Positions 1 through 12,299 of a DNA stretch of 64,000 nt are shown here, piece by piece; within the stretch, counting starts at the first letter, position 1; every line of letters starts with the position of its first letter. The notes under the pieces are model-generated. The model searched no databases. It was not told the DNA's origin and saw only the letters and a list, made by a program, of their open reading frames with translations. A program made the translations under genes and the position numbers. The stretch is from Eledone cirrhosa (lineage: Eukaryota): assembly GCA_964016885.1 (NCBI GenBank), contig OZ024743.1, forward strand, positions 109,120,001 through 109,184,000, in the 5' to 3' direction.

Positions 1-41
1 ATAATGGTTAGCAGCGATGTGTGTCAAATGGCTATTAAGAT

Positions 42-144
<103 letters not shown>

Positions 145-513
145 GCAGAGTAATTCGTGGTGGCAGGGATGGTCAGTAAGAATGTGTCTGAAAGCAATGG
201 GGGGTATTTTAGCATGTCAAAAGATATTTTTCAGCTTTTGTTTTATACGGAGAAGTGCGTGTGTGTGTGTGTGTGTGTGTATATATAAGACTCTTTGTAT
301 GTTGATGTACGCGTGTGTATGTGTGTGTGTATATATATGTGTGTGTGTGTGTTTGTGTGTGGGTGGACCAGTATTTTTTCCCCCTGGTAAAATGGTGTAC
401 ATTATTCGATTTTTTCAGTAAAATCGGTTCTCTTAATAGAACATCAAAAATCTTAACAATAAAAGGTGTGAAATGATATTCACTATATATATATACACAT
501 ACATATATTCACT

Positions 514-546
<33 letters not shown>

Positions 547-1667
547 CATATATATACATATATATATGCACATATATTTTTTTGTGTTGCACCATAGAGC
601 ATGTGTGTTTACGTATGTCATTGTGTTTATATGTGGGTAGAGATGTGTGCTGATGTAGGTATGTATGTTGACGTGTGTATGTTGTGGGTTCGTCTTAGGG
701 AGAAGTGTTTAGACGGGGTCCGTATTTGTTAATGAAGTAAGATTCCTTGCTGATGCGCTGGGTGTGGGTGGCATTATCTTTAAATTTGTAGAGGGGAAAG
801 AATCTTTCGTAAGTCTCTAGCTATTGTTAGGCTAGATAAATGAATAAATAAATAAAGAAAGAAATAAAGAAAGAAATAAAGAAATAACGAAATAAGTAAA
901 TAAACTAGGTGGGACGAAATAGCCAAGGACCCTCTAAGAGGTATAAGTACTTAAATCATACGGTGACGGGTCAACAAATGGGGCCAAAATACTAAAGAAA
1001 CTACCACGAAATAAATAATAAAGGTTTCTATCCGGGCACAATGCCAGCAACCACCCAGTGCAGCAAAGTAAACTAGTATGAGATAATAATTCTGAGTCTC
1101 GAAAAAAATATATACTAATGCTAACTCTAAAAGATCTTATACAAGCTACATGAAAGTTCGTACGAAGTAAAGGTAGAATACGGAAAAATAAATTCAGAAT
1201 CCACCCCGGCCAAAAGAAAAGAGAAGAAAGAAATACTGAAACGAGAAAATATGGCATAAGTACCACTAAGAAATATAGAAGGCACGGAAAATAGTGGGAG
1301 CGGTCGGAAAAAGGGGGCAAGTATCCGAGGTCTAACACAACTGCTATAAAAAGCGGAGTCCGCCAAATCTATCATAGACTAGGTGAGGGGGTGGGGGTAC
1401 TGAGCCTACAGGGGGCCAAAGGGCAGCCTCGGGTGGGCGAGAAAAGACGCCGACAAAGAAGAAGAACTGGGGTAGAAGGACTAAGGAGGGATGGGGGGAA
1501 GAAGGAAATAAAGGAAGCGATAAAAGAATAAAAAGAAGATCTTACGTCTCCCTTGGCAAGCAGGGGTTACCCATTGCAAAATCGGCAAGTGGGGTGTTAT
1601 AGCCCTAGTTTACCCCCCCCCCCCCCTAGGTCATTATGGGGTTTGAGGGCGAGGTAATTCCTACGCA

Positions 1668-2890
1668 ATCAATGTTTACATGCAGTAACCAGCTCAACTT
1701 TCTTGTTTAGGAGTTGGTCCGATGGGAGTTGTCACCTCTGCGTTGTGGGGAGGATTGAACCATGTTACATTGCGTGAGCGGCGGTGTTTCCTGCTGGTTC
1801 CGCTAATGGGAGCTGGACAGTAGGATATGTCCTGCCGGAAACCACTCCGCTTGAGGGCCTGGTTGTAATAAGGGGCATGTTCATCGAATATCTGCTCATT
1901 AGCTGACAAACGGGATATTCGGAGGGAGATGTTTTTGACCAGGTTGTTGGTGATGTTCCTAGGATGGTTAGATCGGCGGTGGATGTAGTGCAGGTTGTCA
2001 TTAGGTTTCCTGTATGGGTAGTACAGGTCGTTTTCGAGGTCGAGGGTCACGTCCAGGAAGTTTACTCGGGTCAATGACGTTTGTAGTGTTATTTTAAGTC
2101 CCCAGTCGTGGAAGAAGCTGATTAATTGTTTTCGGACCCGATCTGTACTACTGGGGTTGTACCCTTTAAGGCTAAGGAGCCCATCATCACGGTACAATCC
2201 ACCACCGAATGCAGGAAACATATCGGTGCGTTTGGCTATTAGGAATAATTCTATAAGATCTGTGACCTCCGCCTAATCCGTGGCGCCCATGCTGACGACG
2301 AAGGGTGAGTTGGGAGCTCTTTTTATCCATTTAGAGTCGTCAAAGAGTAAGACTGTCTTCCTGGCGTGGAGGTGTATTTTTCTTTCCTGGTCGGTGATGG
2401 GCACAAGTGTTTCGGCGAAGTCCAATTCGGCAGTAAGTAGTGGTAAGGTGATTGAAGCATAGTAGCTCTCTATGTCGAACTGTATGAATTTAGTGTCTCG
2501 TTTATCCTCCATATTGCTGAACCATGAGATTACTTCCTGGGTGTTGATCCATAGGCTAAGTTGGGCGTGTTGCTTGACTTTTGGTATCACGCGGTCTAGG
2601 ATTTTTTTGTTGATTCTCCCTATGTCGGACTTCGTTGGGTTAATAAGCCTGATAGAGGGTTTACGGTCAAAATCGGATTGATGGTCCTTCAGTATAAATT
2701 ATGGTGTCCGTGGGTCTAGGGGTTCCGTGCAGTCGGCGACACCGAGGCTGGAGGTAATTTGTTGTCCATCTCGATTTATGTCCTCGATGCAAGAGTGGTT
2801 GGCCTTTTTATAGGTGGAGTTTAGGCTGCTCCTGATCAGTGTGTGGTATCTGTCAGGGTTGACAAAGTATAGGTTCCCAGTCCGTCCCAC
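1668..2890 (-). pseudogene. Naiad PLE reverse transcriptase, broken by stops/frameshifts, GIY-YIG domain deleted
   Basis: ORFs 2699-2890, 2273-2590 and 1694-2221 carry the RT motifs. After TWFNPP...TTPIGP the sequence jumps (other frame) to LLNKKVELVTACKH*, the Naiad C-terminus. Confidence 0.85.
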
Positions 2891-3303
2891 CTAGTTTATT
2901 TACTTATTTCGTTATTTCTTTCTTTCTTTCTTTATTTCTTTCTTTATTTATTTATTCATTTATCTAGCCTAACAATAGCTAGAGACTTACGCCGTAGAAC
3001 TTGCCTTACTTTTTTTCTTTACACGTATTCGCTTTTCATCACTCTCAGTATTTTTTCTTTCATATATATATTTTTACCCCTCATTGTTCTACCTACCGTT
3101 CCGACTTCCTCCCCCTCCGCCTCCCCAGTATCTTCTTTGACATCATGCCCAGCTGTTGCTGGCACTACCAACGCATGATTGGGTCTACTCCACACCCTCC
3201 CCTTTTTCTCCTACTGGCAGGTTTAGCCACCATCTCCGCTACTAATTTGCAATCACAGAATTACTACTGACTTTTGACAATCACTTTGACCATATATGGA
3301 ATT

Positions 3304-3397
3304 ACCCATTGAGAAGCTCGGCTATTTAAATACCAGGATAAATTTTCATTTTGTCCAGAATTAGCCGTCGAAACGGCTTGAGCTCAGCCGTCGGGGT
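3304..3397 (+). ncRNA. Type I hammerhead ribozyme, U3-A8 core variant
   Basis: accca-TTGAGAA-g(ct)cggcta...tagccg(t)c-GAAA-cggc(ttgagctca)gcc-GTC-ggggt. Stems I-III and a GUC site are present; one mismatch in stem I next to the core. Confidence 0.75.
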
Positions 3398-3407
3398 CTT
3401 ACTGGTT

Positions 3408-3488
<81 letters not shown>

Positions 3489-3490
<2 letters not shown>

Positions 3491-4204
3491 AAATAAAGAT
3501 TCAGCGAGAATCGCATTTTCGGCGGGCCGGAAAAAGCGAAGCGCAGCGCAAAAATCAGAAATAATACTGGCAAAGTGCTCAATAGTTAAAAACCAGTGCT
3601 AAACAATGTGTTAAGAAACCATACAAAACTGAAAAGGTGGTCAAGAAGGCATTAACCACCCAAGCCAAACACCAAATCAAGCTAAACAGGTCAAAACAAA
3701 ATATATGATAACAAATAAATGACAACCAGACCTGGACTACCGGAATTGCTGTTAAAATCTGGTGTAGAGTTTCTTTGACACCTAAATCAAAATACAGTCT
3801 GCTCAAAAATATAAGCTTTGTGTATAACGATCGAACAAGAAATATCACGTTATCAACAGGTATTTCGCTCTGTACCAAATAAGTGAATGACACAGTGGTA
3901 AGTTAAACCACGTGTGGAAATCACAAGGGGATAACCCCATAATCTTGCAAAGTAATTCAGTTGGTGTAAATCATGCTAAAAATAGCACAAATAGCATAAA
4001 TCGAATAAGTTCTCAACCGAGTAGTTTAAAATAAACTTATACAATTAACCTGCCAATAGAAATTATTAACAAGTTAATCGTAAGAAACGGGAGATTAATA
4101 CAAATAAAGATTGTGCGGGAATCGCATTTTCGGCGGGCAGGAAAAAAACGAAGCGAAACGCAAAGATCAGAAATGATACTGGCAAAGTGCTCAATAGTTA
4201 AAAA

Positions 4205-4207
<3 letters not shown>
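3489..4207. repeat. ORF-less ~720-bp insertion with ~105-bp terminal direct repeats, between (TA)n tracts
   Basis: 3489-3595 closely matches 4100-4207 (acaaataaagatt...gcaaagtgctcaatagttaaaaacca). Confidence 0.8.
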
Positions 4208-4273
<66 letters not shown>

Positions 4274-4438
4274 CAAGAGGGATATTCAATTTGTTGGTAA
4301 GTCAACAAATATAAATGTCTATAAATAAATTACAATACCAAGTTTGTTTTATAAATATTGACATAACCAGGAAAGAAGAACTTAACGGTTCAAGTTTTTC
4401 CAGAAAATATATATATATATATAAAAATATATATATAA

Positions 4439-4517
<79 letters not shown>

Positions 4518-4519
<2 letters not shown>

Positions 4520-4998
4520 AAAGGCGACGATGTTTGCCGAACACTGTACGGCGTAATTCGGGCTTTTGTTTACAAAGAAACCGAACATTATAATAAATAT
4601 TCGATAAACCCATACGTACATATATATATTTGTGCATGTATGTATATATATATACATACATACTACTGTACGTCTGTATACATATATGTATGTACGTATA
4701 CATACTTACATTTAAGTATCGGCCGTACTAAGAGTGAAAAATGAAATTTCGTTTCATTATTTTCGATTTATCGTTTTCGGTACGCACGGCCGACTAATTC
4801 ACTCGATATGAAAATTAGGCTGCTCAGCCGTTAATATGCATAAGGAAAGTATATACTTTGAAACGTTCAATCATCTGACAGGAAGGTATATGGTGCTGAC
4901 GATAGCTAATAAGCTTGAAACAAGTACATCATTCTTGTGTCAGTGTTGAACAAAAAGGCGACGACAGTTGCCGAACATTGTACGGCGTAATTCGGGCT
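4518..4998 (+). mobile_element. ~434-bp non-coding hammerhead-bearing unit with terminal redundancy (retrozyme-like or solo pLTR)
   Basis: aaaaaggcgacga...tgtacggcgtaattcgggct occurs at 4518-4564 and 4952-4998. Contains the HHR at 4890-4932. A related rearranged copy lies at 36685-37440. Confidence 0.7.
4890..4932 (+). ncRNA. Minimal type I hammerhead ribozyme
   Basis: atggtg-CTGACGA-tagct(aata)agctt-GAAA-caa-GTA-catcat; stem I is atggtg/catcat. Confidence 0.8.
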
Positions 4999-4999
4999 G

Positions 5000-5722
5000 T
5001 ATCTAATGGTGGTGATCACATATTTAGTTTAGGCTTAAATTTGTTAACAAATAGTTTTTCCTTATTTATTCTTTGTTGTTGAGTGAAAGAATCGGAGCAC
5101 TTGTAAAGGTGGAGTATTTTAATGTTGGGTAGAATCATTCCTGCACAATCTGCAAGGTGGCTACTTAAGGGAATTTTTTATTTTGTTTACGAATCGGAGT
5201 TGTAGATGAATGGTCATTCTTATGCGTAATGATACACCCGTCTGTCCTATATAGTTATGTCGACAGACACCGCATGTGATTACAAAGATCAGGATCTCCG
5301 AGTTGCAAGTGAAGTCGTTTTTCACTGTAAAAGTTTGCCCATCTTTAAATGTGAATTTATGTCTTTCAATTGAGTATAGGCATGCTCCACAGTTTATTCT
5401 TCCGCATTTTGTTACCGTAAGGTTCGAGATAGGTGTGTGAATCTTTGTTCCAGTGAGAATGTGTTTTAGATGAACGTGGATACATATGGTAAGGTATTGT
5501 TTGCGGTTCTGTGCTTTGGGTTGTTGGGTTGATGAGAATTTACAAATTTTGTTTTGTCTATTCCGTTATTAATTATGTCAAGTGCGAAGGCTATTAAGGT
5601 AAGTGTGTTTTTGAGTTCATTTAATCTTAGTTCCCGTTAAGCTGGGTTTGATACTATGGTGCATATACGTTTGGCTAAATTAAAAGGAATGTTAGGTCGT
5701 GTATGCTTTGGGTGATATGATG

Positions 5723-5725
<3 letters not shown>
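5000..5725 (-). pseudogene. Decayed Penelope-like element 3' part (GIY-YIG, Poseidon/Neptune-like)
   Basis: Minus strand near 5200-5260 reads NYIGQTGVSLRIRMTIH; many stops around it. Confidence 0.7.
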
Positions 5726-5774
<49 letters not shown>

Positions 5775-6650
5775 ATTGTTTCCTTCTTTTGAATTTTCAC
5801 TTCCACGATGTGATGGGGTCTCTGGTGGTAGGCTGACAACGCCTAATTTTGCAAAGGAGGTTTGTCCACTATGTCCCAGTTGATTGTGTTGGTTGTGAGT
5901 AGGGATTCTGGGAGGAGTTGGTCAATTAGTTTCTGCACATTCTTACTAGGATCGGTATTGGTCTTCTTCACAGTCTGTTTCAGTTGTTTTTTTTTGTAGC
6001 AATGCCTGATCCATCGCCTGTTCTGAGTGCGCTGTAGAAGAGTTTACGTGGCTGTCAGGAGCTATTTATGTGGTGGACGTGACATGGCCATCTGAGGTGA
6101 TGTTTGAATATGATGGCCCCTTTGCTGCCCTGATGTTATCTTTTTCTGCATTTCCGAAGGATGTGATCTGCTTCATAATATTGTTCGCTGAAAATCAGAT
6201 ATGTATACACCCTGCTAGTGAATTCTATTTGTTGTAAATTCTTTCGATTTTCTGGGCAAGCCAATTGTGAGAGTGTATGTCTTTGGATCCTGACACAACC
6301 ATGTTCCATCCCTTTCCGAACACGATTACGGAGAGATGCTAGCAGGAGATGGTGATTCGTCTAAAACTCTGCCTTTCTTATACAACGGAGATATCTGACT
6401 TCCCGCAATTCGGTACACCTTGCAATCACATAGTCAATAATGTACCAATGACGTGAAGATGGGTGCATTCACATCTCCTTATACATCTGTCTACACCACC
6501 TGTTTCATATGACAAGATTGAATTGCTGGAACACTTGCAACAACGAAAGTCTATTGCTATTAAACTTTCAAATTCCATGGCGACCTATGCTGCTCCGAGT
6601 ATCAAAGTCACATTCAACACGAACGTTCATATTCCACAAGCCTAGAGGTT
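5775..6650 (-). pseudogene. Very decayed retroelement relic, possibly a PLE N-terminal/RT region
   Basis: Coding-like composition and only a weak PLE-like motif trace near 6110-6150; no intact ORF. Confidence 0.3.
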
Positions 6651-6799
6651 TGTAATCCCTATTTACTTTTTTTTTTTCAAGAGTATTTGCAGCTCTACGT
6701 ACATTGTTCTATCACTTCTAAAATCTGGCAACTTTTGGATAACGAACAGGAACACCAAATATTTTGGATAAATTAACTTACGGCTAAGGCACACAAATG

Positions 6800-6986
6800 C
6801 GGAACTAGTCAGTATCGGTAGAGGGTGGGACGCCATGCGTTGACTCATAGAGTTACGGCCCTTGCCATTCTGACTTCAAATCCTGCTGAGGTTAACTTTG
6901 CTTTTCGCCCTTACGGAGTCGATAAAATAAAGTACCAGTAATGCACTGCTTAATTGCTGCCTTTGTGCCAGAAGTAGAAACAATTG
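6800..6986 (+). mobile_element. tRNA-derived SINE
   Basis: cagtatcggtagaggg...ttcaaatcc...gccctt...gtcgataaaataaagtaccagt...gtagaaacaatt; same family as 27749-27930. Confidence 0.85.
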
Positions 6987-7667
6987 TGTAATATTGAATT
7001 ATTCCATATTTTACAACGTAATAATAACTTATTACACAGTAAGTTAGAGCACACAATGTCGACATAGATGAGCTAACACGTTCAAAAACAACAAACCGCA
7101 ACAGATGTGATTCGCTCCACCGTACTTACATTTTATATATAAATATTCTACGCCTCCCAGACCTTTAATGCTTTAGAAATGTGGCGCGAAAAGCAACATT
7201 GACTAGCCTTATAAAACACACTCAATCTCCCTATCTATCTTTCCTCATGTAAACAAGGCCATAAAAAACCACTTGTTTCACAATATCAAAGGACGAACAT
7301 ACTATGCCAGTATTCGCCGAAATGAACTAGAACATCTGACCAATCAGCTATAAGGGACATTGACCACCTCTAGCCACACTCATCTAGAACCTAACATGCT
7401 ACGTATGTTTTCATTAGGTATGTAGACTTGCATGTCCTTTGTTTTACCGAAATAGTATACCACTGTTTTAAATTATTCCTATTCCTCCACGCACTCAAGT
7501 ATGTAATTTACTCTCAGTTTATTTTATTTTTCATTGTGATTTTTATGTTATTTGGTATAAAACCGGTGTGAAGCTAAATCCATGATCAGTGTTTTGAAAA
7601 TACACCTAGTGACTGCATTGTTTTGTGTATTTAAAATCGAATTTTATAATAGCCAATCTATAGCCAT

Positions 7668-7734
7668 CTATTGATGATAGCGATTACAAGACATCAATTC
7701 ATTGTTTATTAGGCGATGAAACATATGTTAATAC
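7668..7734 (+). ncRNA. Degenerate minimal hammerhead motif at a PLE-like 3' end
   Basis: TTGATGA...GAAA-catatgtt (palindromic stem III), followed by aataaa. Stems I and II are poor. Confidence 0.4.
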
Positions 7735-7988
7735 TTGGAATAAAACCTTATTAAATGGCGTATCCGTGTTAATCATCCTATTACCTGTCATATATATATA
7801 TATATACAAATGGAAGTTCAGTAGAACCAAAGCTCTGGCTGCGGCCATGCTAACAAATGCAATCGGAATGTGCAGCTAAGCACTCAATGAAGTAGTTTTA
7901 CCTTATAGTAATAACATTACGTTTAGACAGCTTGACAAATTGAAGATTGAGCCAGCTACAAGGACTAAAGCAACGAGAAATCCAGCTC

Positions 7989-8056
<68 letters not shown>

Positions 8057-8545
8057 AATGTATAAATATTTATATACGCATCTGATGTGTGTGTATGTGT
8101 TTACTTTGTTGTGCACAAATATGTCACTGATTTTTCATTTCTCTGAGTATGTACTTGTAATCTGTACACTACCTTATTTTCTTTCGTTTGCTGTATATCG
8201 TCAATCGTAGCATGTGAAATTCCCTACCGAAGAGAAAGAAACCAACGTCTACTGCGATGTATTAATAAGGAAATAGAATACCGCACGCTATTGCCATCAA
8301 TTACAAGAATAAAGAAATACAACAACATATATTGAAAAAATATTAAAAAATATAAAGTCAAGACACCGTTAAAGAAAATCTTGTCTTCATGAATTACAGA
8401 TTCTACACAGAATAAGGGTGATTCCCACGATATTTGACCATAAATATGGTCGCTACTTGACGATAATATATCAGCGAATTAAACCGATAAATATAACCAA
8501 AAGTTTAGAAGAACCAACACACACAGACATACATATCAAAGACGA

Positions 8546-8617
<72 letters not shown>

Positions 8618-8748
8618 GAAGAAAAGCTGGTAGATTGATGTATTTTGTTTTTATAAATACATACCTACATACAGACACATACTCACAGACACACACGCAC
8701 AGACACACACGCAATACATACACACATACACGCACATATATGTATATA

Positions 8749-8839
<91 letters not shown>

Positions 8840-9292
8840 CTCGTAATCTATATGTACGATTTGTGAAATTTGATTGATTATTTTTTATTACGGTGGCAGC
8901 TGCTGGAGAATTATAGAATTCATATAGTTTCTTCCAGTTATTGAATATCAATCTATTATTTCAAAAGAAAGTGTGCTATGTTGTCAATTCTTTAACACTT
9001 TTAAATATCCCACACATACAGACATACACGCATATTCTCTCCCTTCTCTCACACATATATATATGTATATAAATAATATACCAGTTTAATGATGAACTTA
9101 AACACAAATCTTACATTTACAAGTTCGCAAAATATTAGTGAGTTACTGGAGTTCGACATGATGTTAGTGTTTCACCACAAGATAGAATGAGAGATAATAA
9201 AAGAAATAAAGTAGAATAGAAATAGGAGGAAACGGAAAGTACTCCCTATTTCTCAGAGCAAATATGTGTGGTTTTAGTCAAGCATTTATATG

Positions 9293-9332
<40 letters not shown>

Positions 9333-9422
9333 TTTATCCCGGGTACAATCGGGGGCAACCACAGTAAGTAAGGTATTCAATACAACGCAGCTATATTCCT
9401 GTAGAACCCTTTTCTATATTAA

Positions 9423-9472
<50 letters not shown>

Positions 9473-9517
9473 AAATAACGGGAGGCTGGAATCGTGTAAT
9501 TCCTTAAAAGTTTTATT

Positions 9518-9575
9518 ATACTATGAACATTTCAATGACCGAGTTCAGTATGAAACCGGTGAAATCATCAGGTAT
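9518..9575 (-). ncRNA. Type I hammerhead ribozyme
   Basis: Reverse complement: atac-CTGATGA-tttcaccg...cggtcatt-GAAA-tgttc-ATA-gtat, followed by aataaaa. Base of stem II is imperfect. Confidence 0.7.
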
Positions 9576-10197
9576 TCGAAATTTAACAAAGGAATATAAT
9601 AGACACAATCCATAGGGCTGAGAAAGCAGAGAGACGCGAAGGCGGCTAAACAAATTACCAGCTGCCAGTCTGATTGGCCGCCTTCAAGTGAATGACCAGT
9701 TCTATCTAGTGGTGAACCAACAAGCCTAAATGTATATGTATATATATATGTATATATAATATAGAAAAGGCTTCTACAAGAGCTTCCAGATTATTTCTCA
9801 CGAATGAAACATTTTTACTCCTGTAGATGGTTTTCTAATGATGTGAATCATGAATTCTGGCCCACACTGTGCCAAAAGCAAGAATGTATCAAATCATCGG
9901 GAAGTCTTAAGTTAAGGGAAATAAGGGGGGGGGGGGAATGGTGTAGATCAAAACGATTTTATCAAGTTGGATGTAATAAGCATACAAGGGATGGTGTAAC
10001 TCTTCACCTGTGAGACTTGATTAGTGCTGAGGTTGTAGCGCAGTAGTCACGTTTCTCATGTTATATGCGGGTGGATGTCGTGCTTTATATGACTGTTCCT
10101 GCTGATTCGTGTCTTGTATAAGTGTGTATGGTTCAGTCTCTGTATGTGTTTTGTAATTATGCACGAGTAAATATAGGCATGAGTAAATATATAGGCA

Positions 10198-10453
10198 CAT
10201 AGTGGTTAGAACATTGTGGTTGCAATCGGGATGTTGTGAGCTCAATTCCCGACCAGCTGATGCGTTGTCTCCTTGAGAAAGACACTTATTTTCACATTTT
10301 TCCAGTTTACTCAGCTATATATATTAGTTGCGACGTGACTGGTTCCAAGTTCTATCGGCCTTACCCTTTTCCAGACTTGTGCCACGGAGGGTAACTTTCA
10401 ACGTGCAAATACCATTGAAATGTGTGACCGAAGGGAGTCTTTACTCTTTACCT

Positions 10454-10455
<2 letters not shown>
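10198..10455 (+). mobile_element. Second tRNA-derived SINE family (CORE-like body)
   Basis: A-box-like tagtggttaga, degenerate B-box gagctcaattcc, then ttgtctccttgagaaagacactt...ccagtttactcagct. Confidence 0.6.
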
Positions 10456-10489
<34 letters not shown>

Positions 10490-10541
10490 TACATACACAC
10501 ACGCACACACAAACACACACATACAAACACAAACACACACA

Positions 10542-10619
<78 letters not shown>

Positions 10620-11897
10620 CTAGCATTAAAGCCTGGCGTTGCTCGGGGTCAGTAAGTTATCAAAGTTAGGTTGCACCACCCATTTTATGGCAGCACGTTT
10701 TGTCTGCCAGGCACTGGATGAATGAATTGCAGACCAGGACTGCCGAAGCAGGAGCTGCGCCAGCAGTGTCAATTGTAGTTTCGCCTATGGATATTATATC
10801 TGTGCAAAGAAGTGTTGATATTTATTATTTCACATTACTTGCGCAACACGCCCGTAGACGATGCTAGCCGAACAACAGAGCTGCGATCGAATTGTTCTGC
10901 ATCGTTGTCTAATGTGTGTTTTCTAAATGTAAGACAGTAGGGAGGGGTGTGATATGGGGGAGAGTTAGCTGCTGTTTCTAGCAGGTTTAGTGACCCAATA
11001 GAGGATATGTTTTCTAAATTTAAGACAGTAGGGAGTAGTGTGATATGGGGGAGAGTTAGCTGCTGTTTCTAGCAACTTTAGCGACCTCATAGAGGATATT
11101 ATTGTGCATAGTAAATGAACTGATACTTATTTCTTCCACGTTCGTTGATAGTTGTTTTAAAACATATTTAGCGCTATTTTTTTTGTTGTTGAATAAATTT
11201 ATCTGTTGCTTTCGAATAATTGTTGTTTCGTATGAAATGTAATAAGTTCTCTTTGTTATTGAAGTAAATAAATGTTTGACCGTTCCACACTAAGAAACAA
11301 ACGTTCTCTCTCTCTCTCCCTCTAACTCTCTCTCTTATAGTTTGCAAGTTTAATCATCTTCATCATCATCATTATCTATAAAAAGCAGATTGTTGTTGTT
11401 GTGTGTGTGTGTCTGTGCATGTTCCATGATTATACATTTTCACAATTTCAAACCGATTGGACTCAAAGTCTGTAAGACTGTTGTAAATAGTCTAGCTTAG
11501 GTCAACGACTATTTATTTCATTCAAACTCACTCTCAATTACGGAAATAAGCGATACAACTAAATACATGACGCTTTACCCCTCTAATACAATCAGATTAC
11601 CTCTCTTAACTCCCCTTAAAATTCGATAAAACTACATACATGCTGCAACTTTCTATGATGAAGGAGAGTAGAGAGAGGCAATATGATTGTATTAGAGTGG
11701 TAAAGCGTCATGTATTTAATTTTATCGATTATTTCCGTAATTGTGGGTGAGTTTGAATGAAATACATAGTCGTTGAGATGAGTTAGACCATTTACAACAT
11801 TCTTACAGACTTTGAGTCGAATCGGTTTGAAATTGTGCAAATGTATAAACATGGAACATTCACACACACACAACAACAACAATCTCCCTTTTATAGA
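10620..11897 (-). mobile_element. Non-autonomous Helitron with an internal inverted duplication of its 5' end
   Basis: Minus strand starts A|TCtataaaa (11897) and ends with hairpin cccgagcaacgccagg...CTAG|T (10620). Contains an ~88-bp tandem duplication at 10919-11098. Confidence 0.65.
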
Positions 11898-11904
11898 TAA
11901 TGAT
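11368..11904. repeat. Long inverted repeat, ~240-bp arms
   Basis: 11368-11606 is a diverged reverse complement of 11670-11904 (atcattatctataaaa...gattacctctct / agagaggcaatatg...tttatagataatgat). Confidence 0.9.
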
Positions 11905-12299
11905 ACCCGAATGAATAATAATAATAACCACGGTGGACAATGTCACGAATAAATAAAAACAATCAACAAACAGATTCAAACAACTGCAATCCCATCATCC
12001 TTTACATTCGCAGTTCCTGGATATTTCAGTGGTTAAACAATAATATAGCCACCTATTCCTGAAATGCCAGATTATATATGTAAATATGCTATATGTGATG
12101 ATGCCTCCAAATGTAGGACATCAGCAAAAATACAAGAGAATATGAAACATATTGAAGTTTAGAACTGAGTAAATTTAATCCTTGTATACAAGAATGTTAC
12201 GGAGTTTTAACTGGAAGATGGTTTTTGTTTGAGAAGGAAAACACAGAAGGAGTAATCATATTGTCTTCTGTTTAGACTCTCCAGGTAAAATAACACAAA

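Noticed and set aside
3489-3580. CTGA...GAAAatgcgattc on the - strand as a hammerhead
   Set aside because: The core lacks NGA and there is no consistent stem I in either repeat copy.
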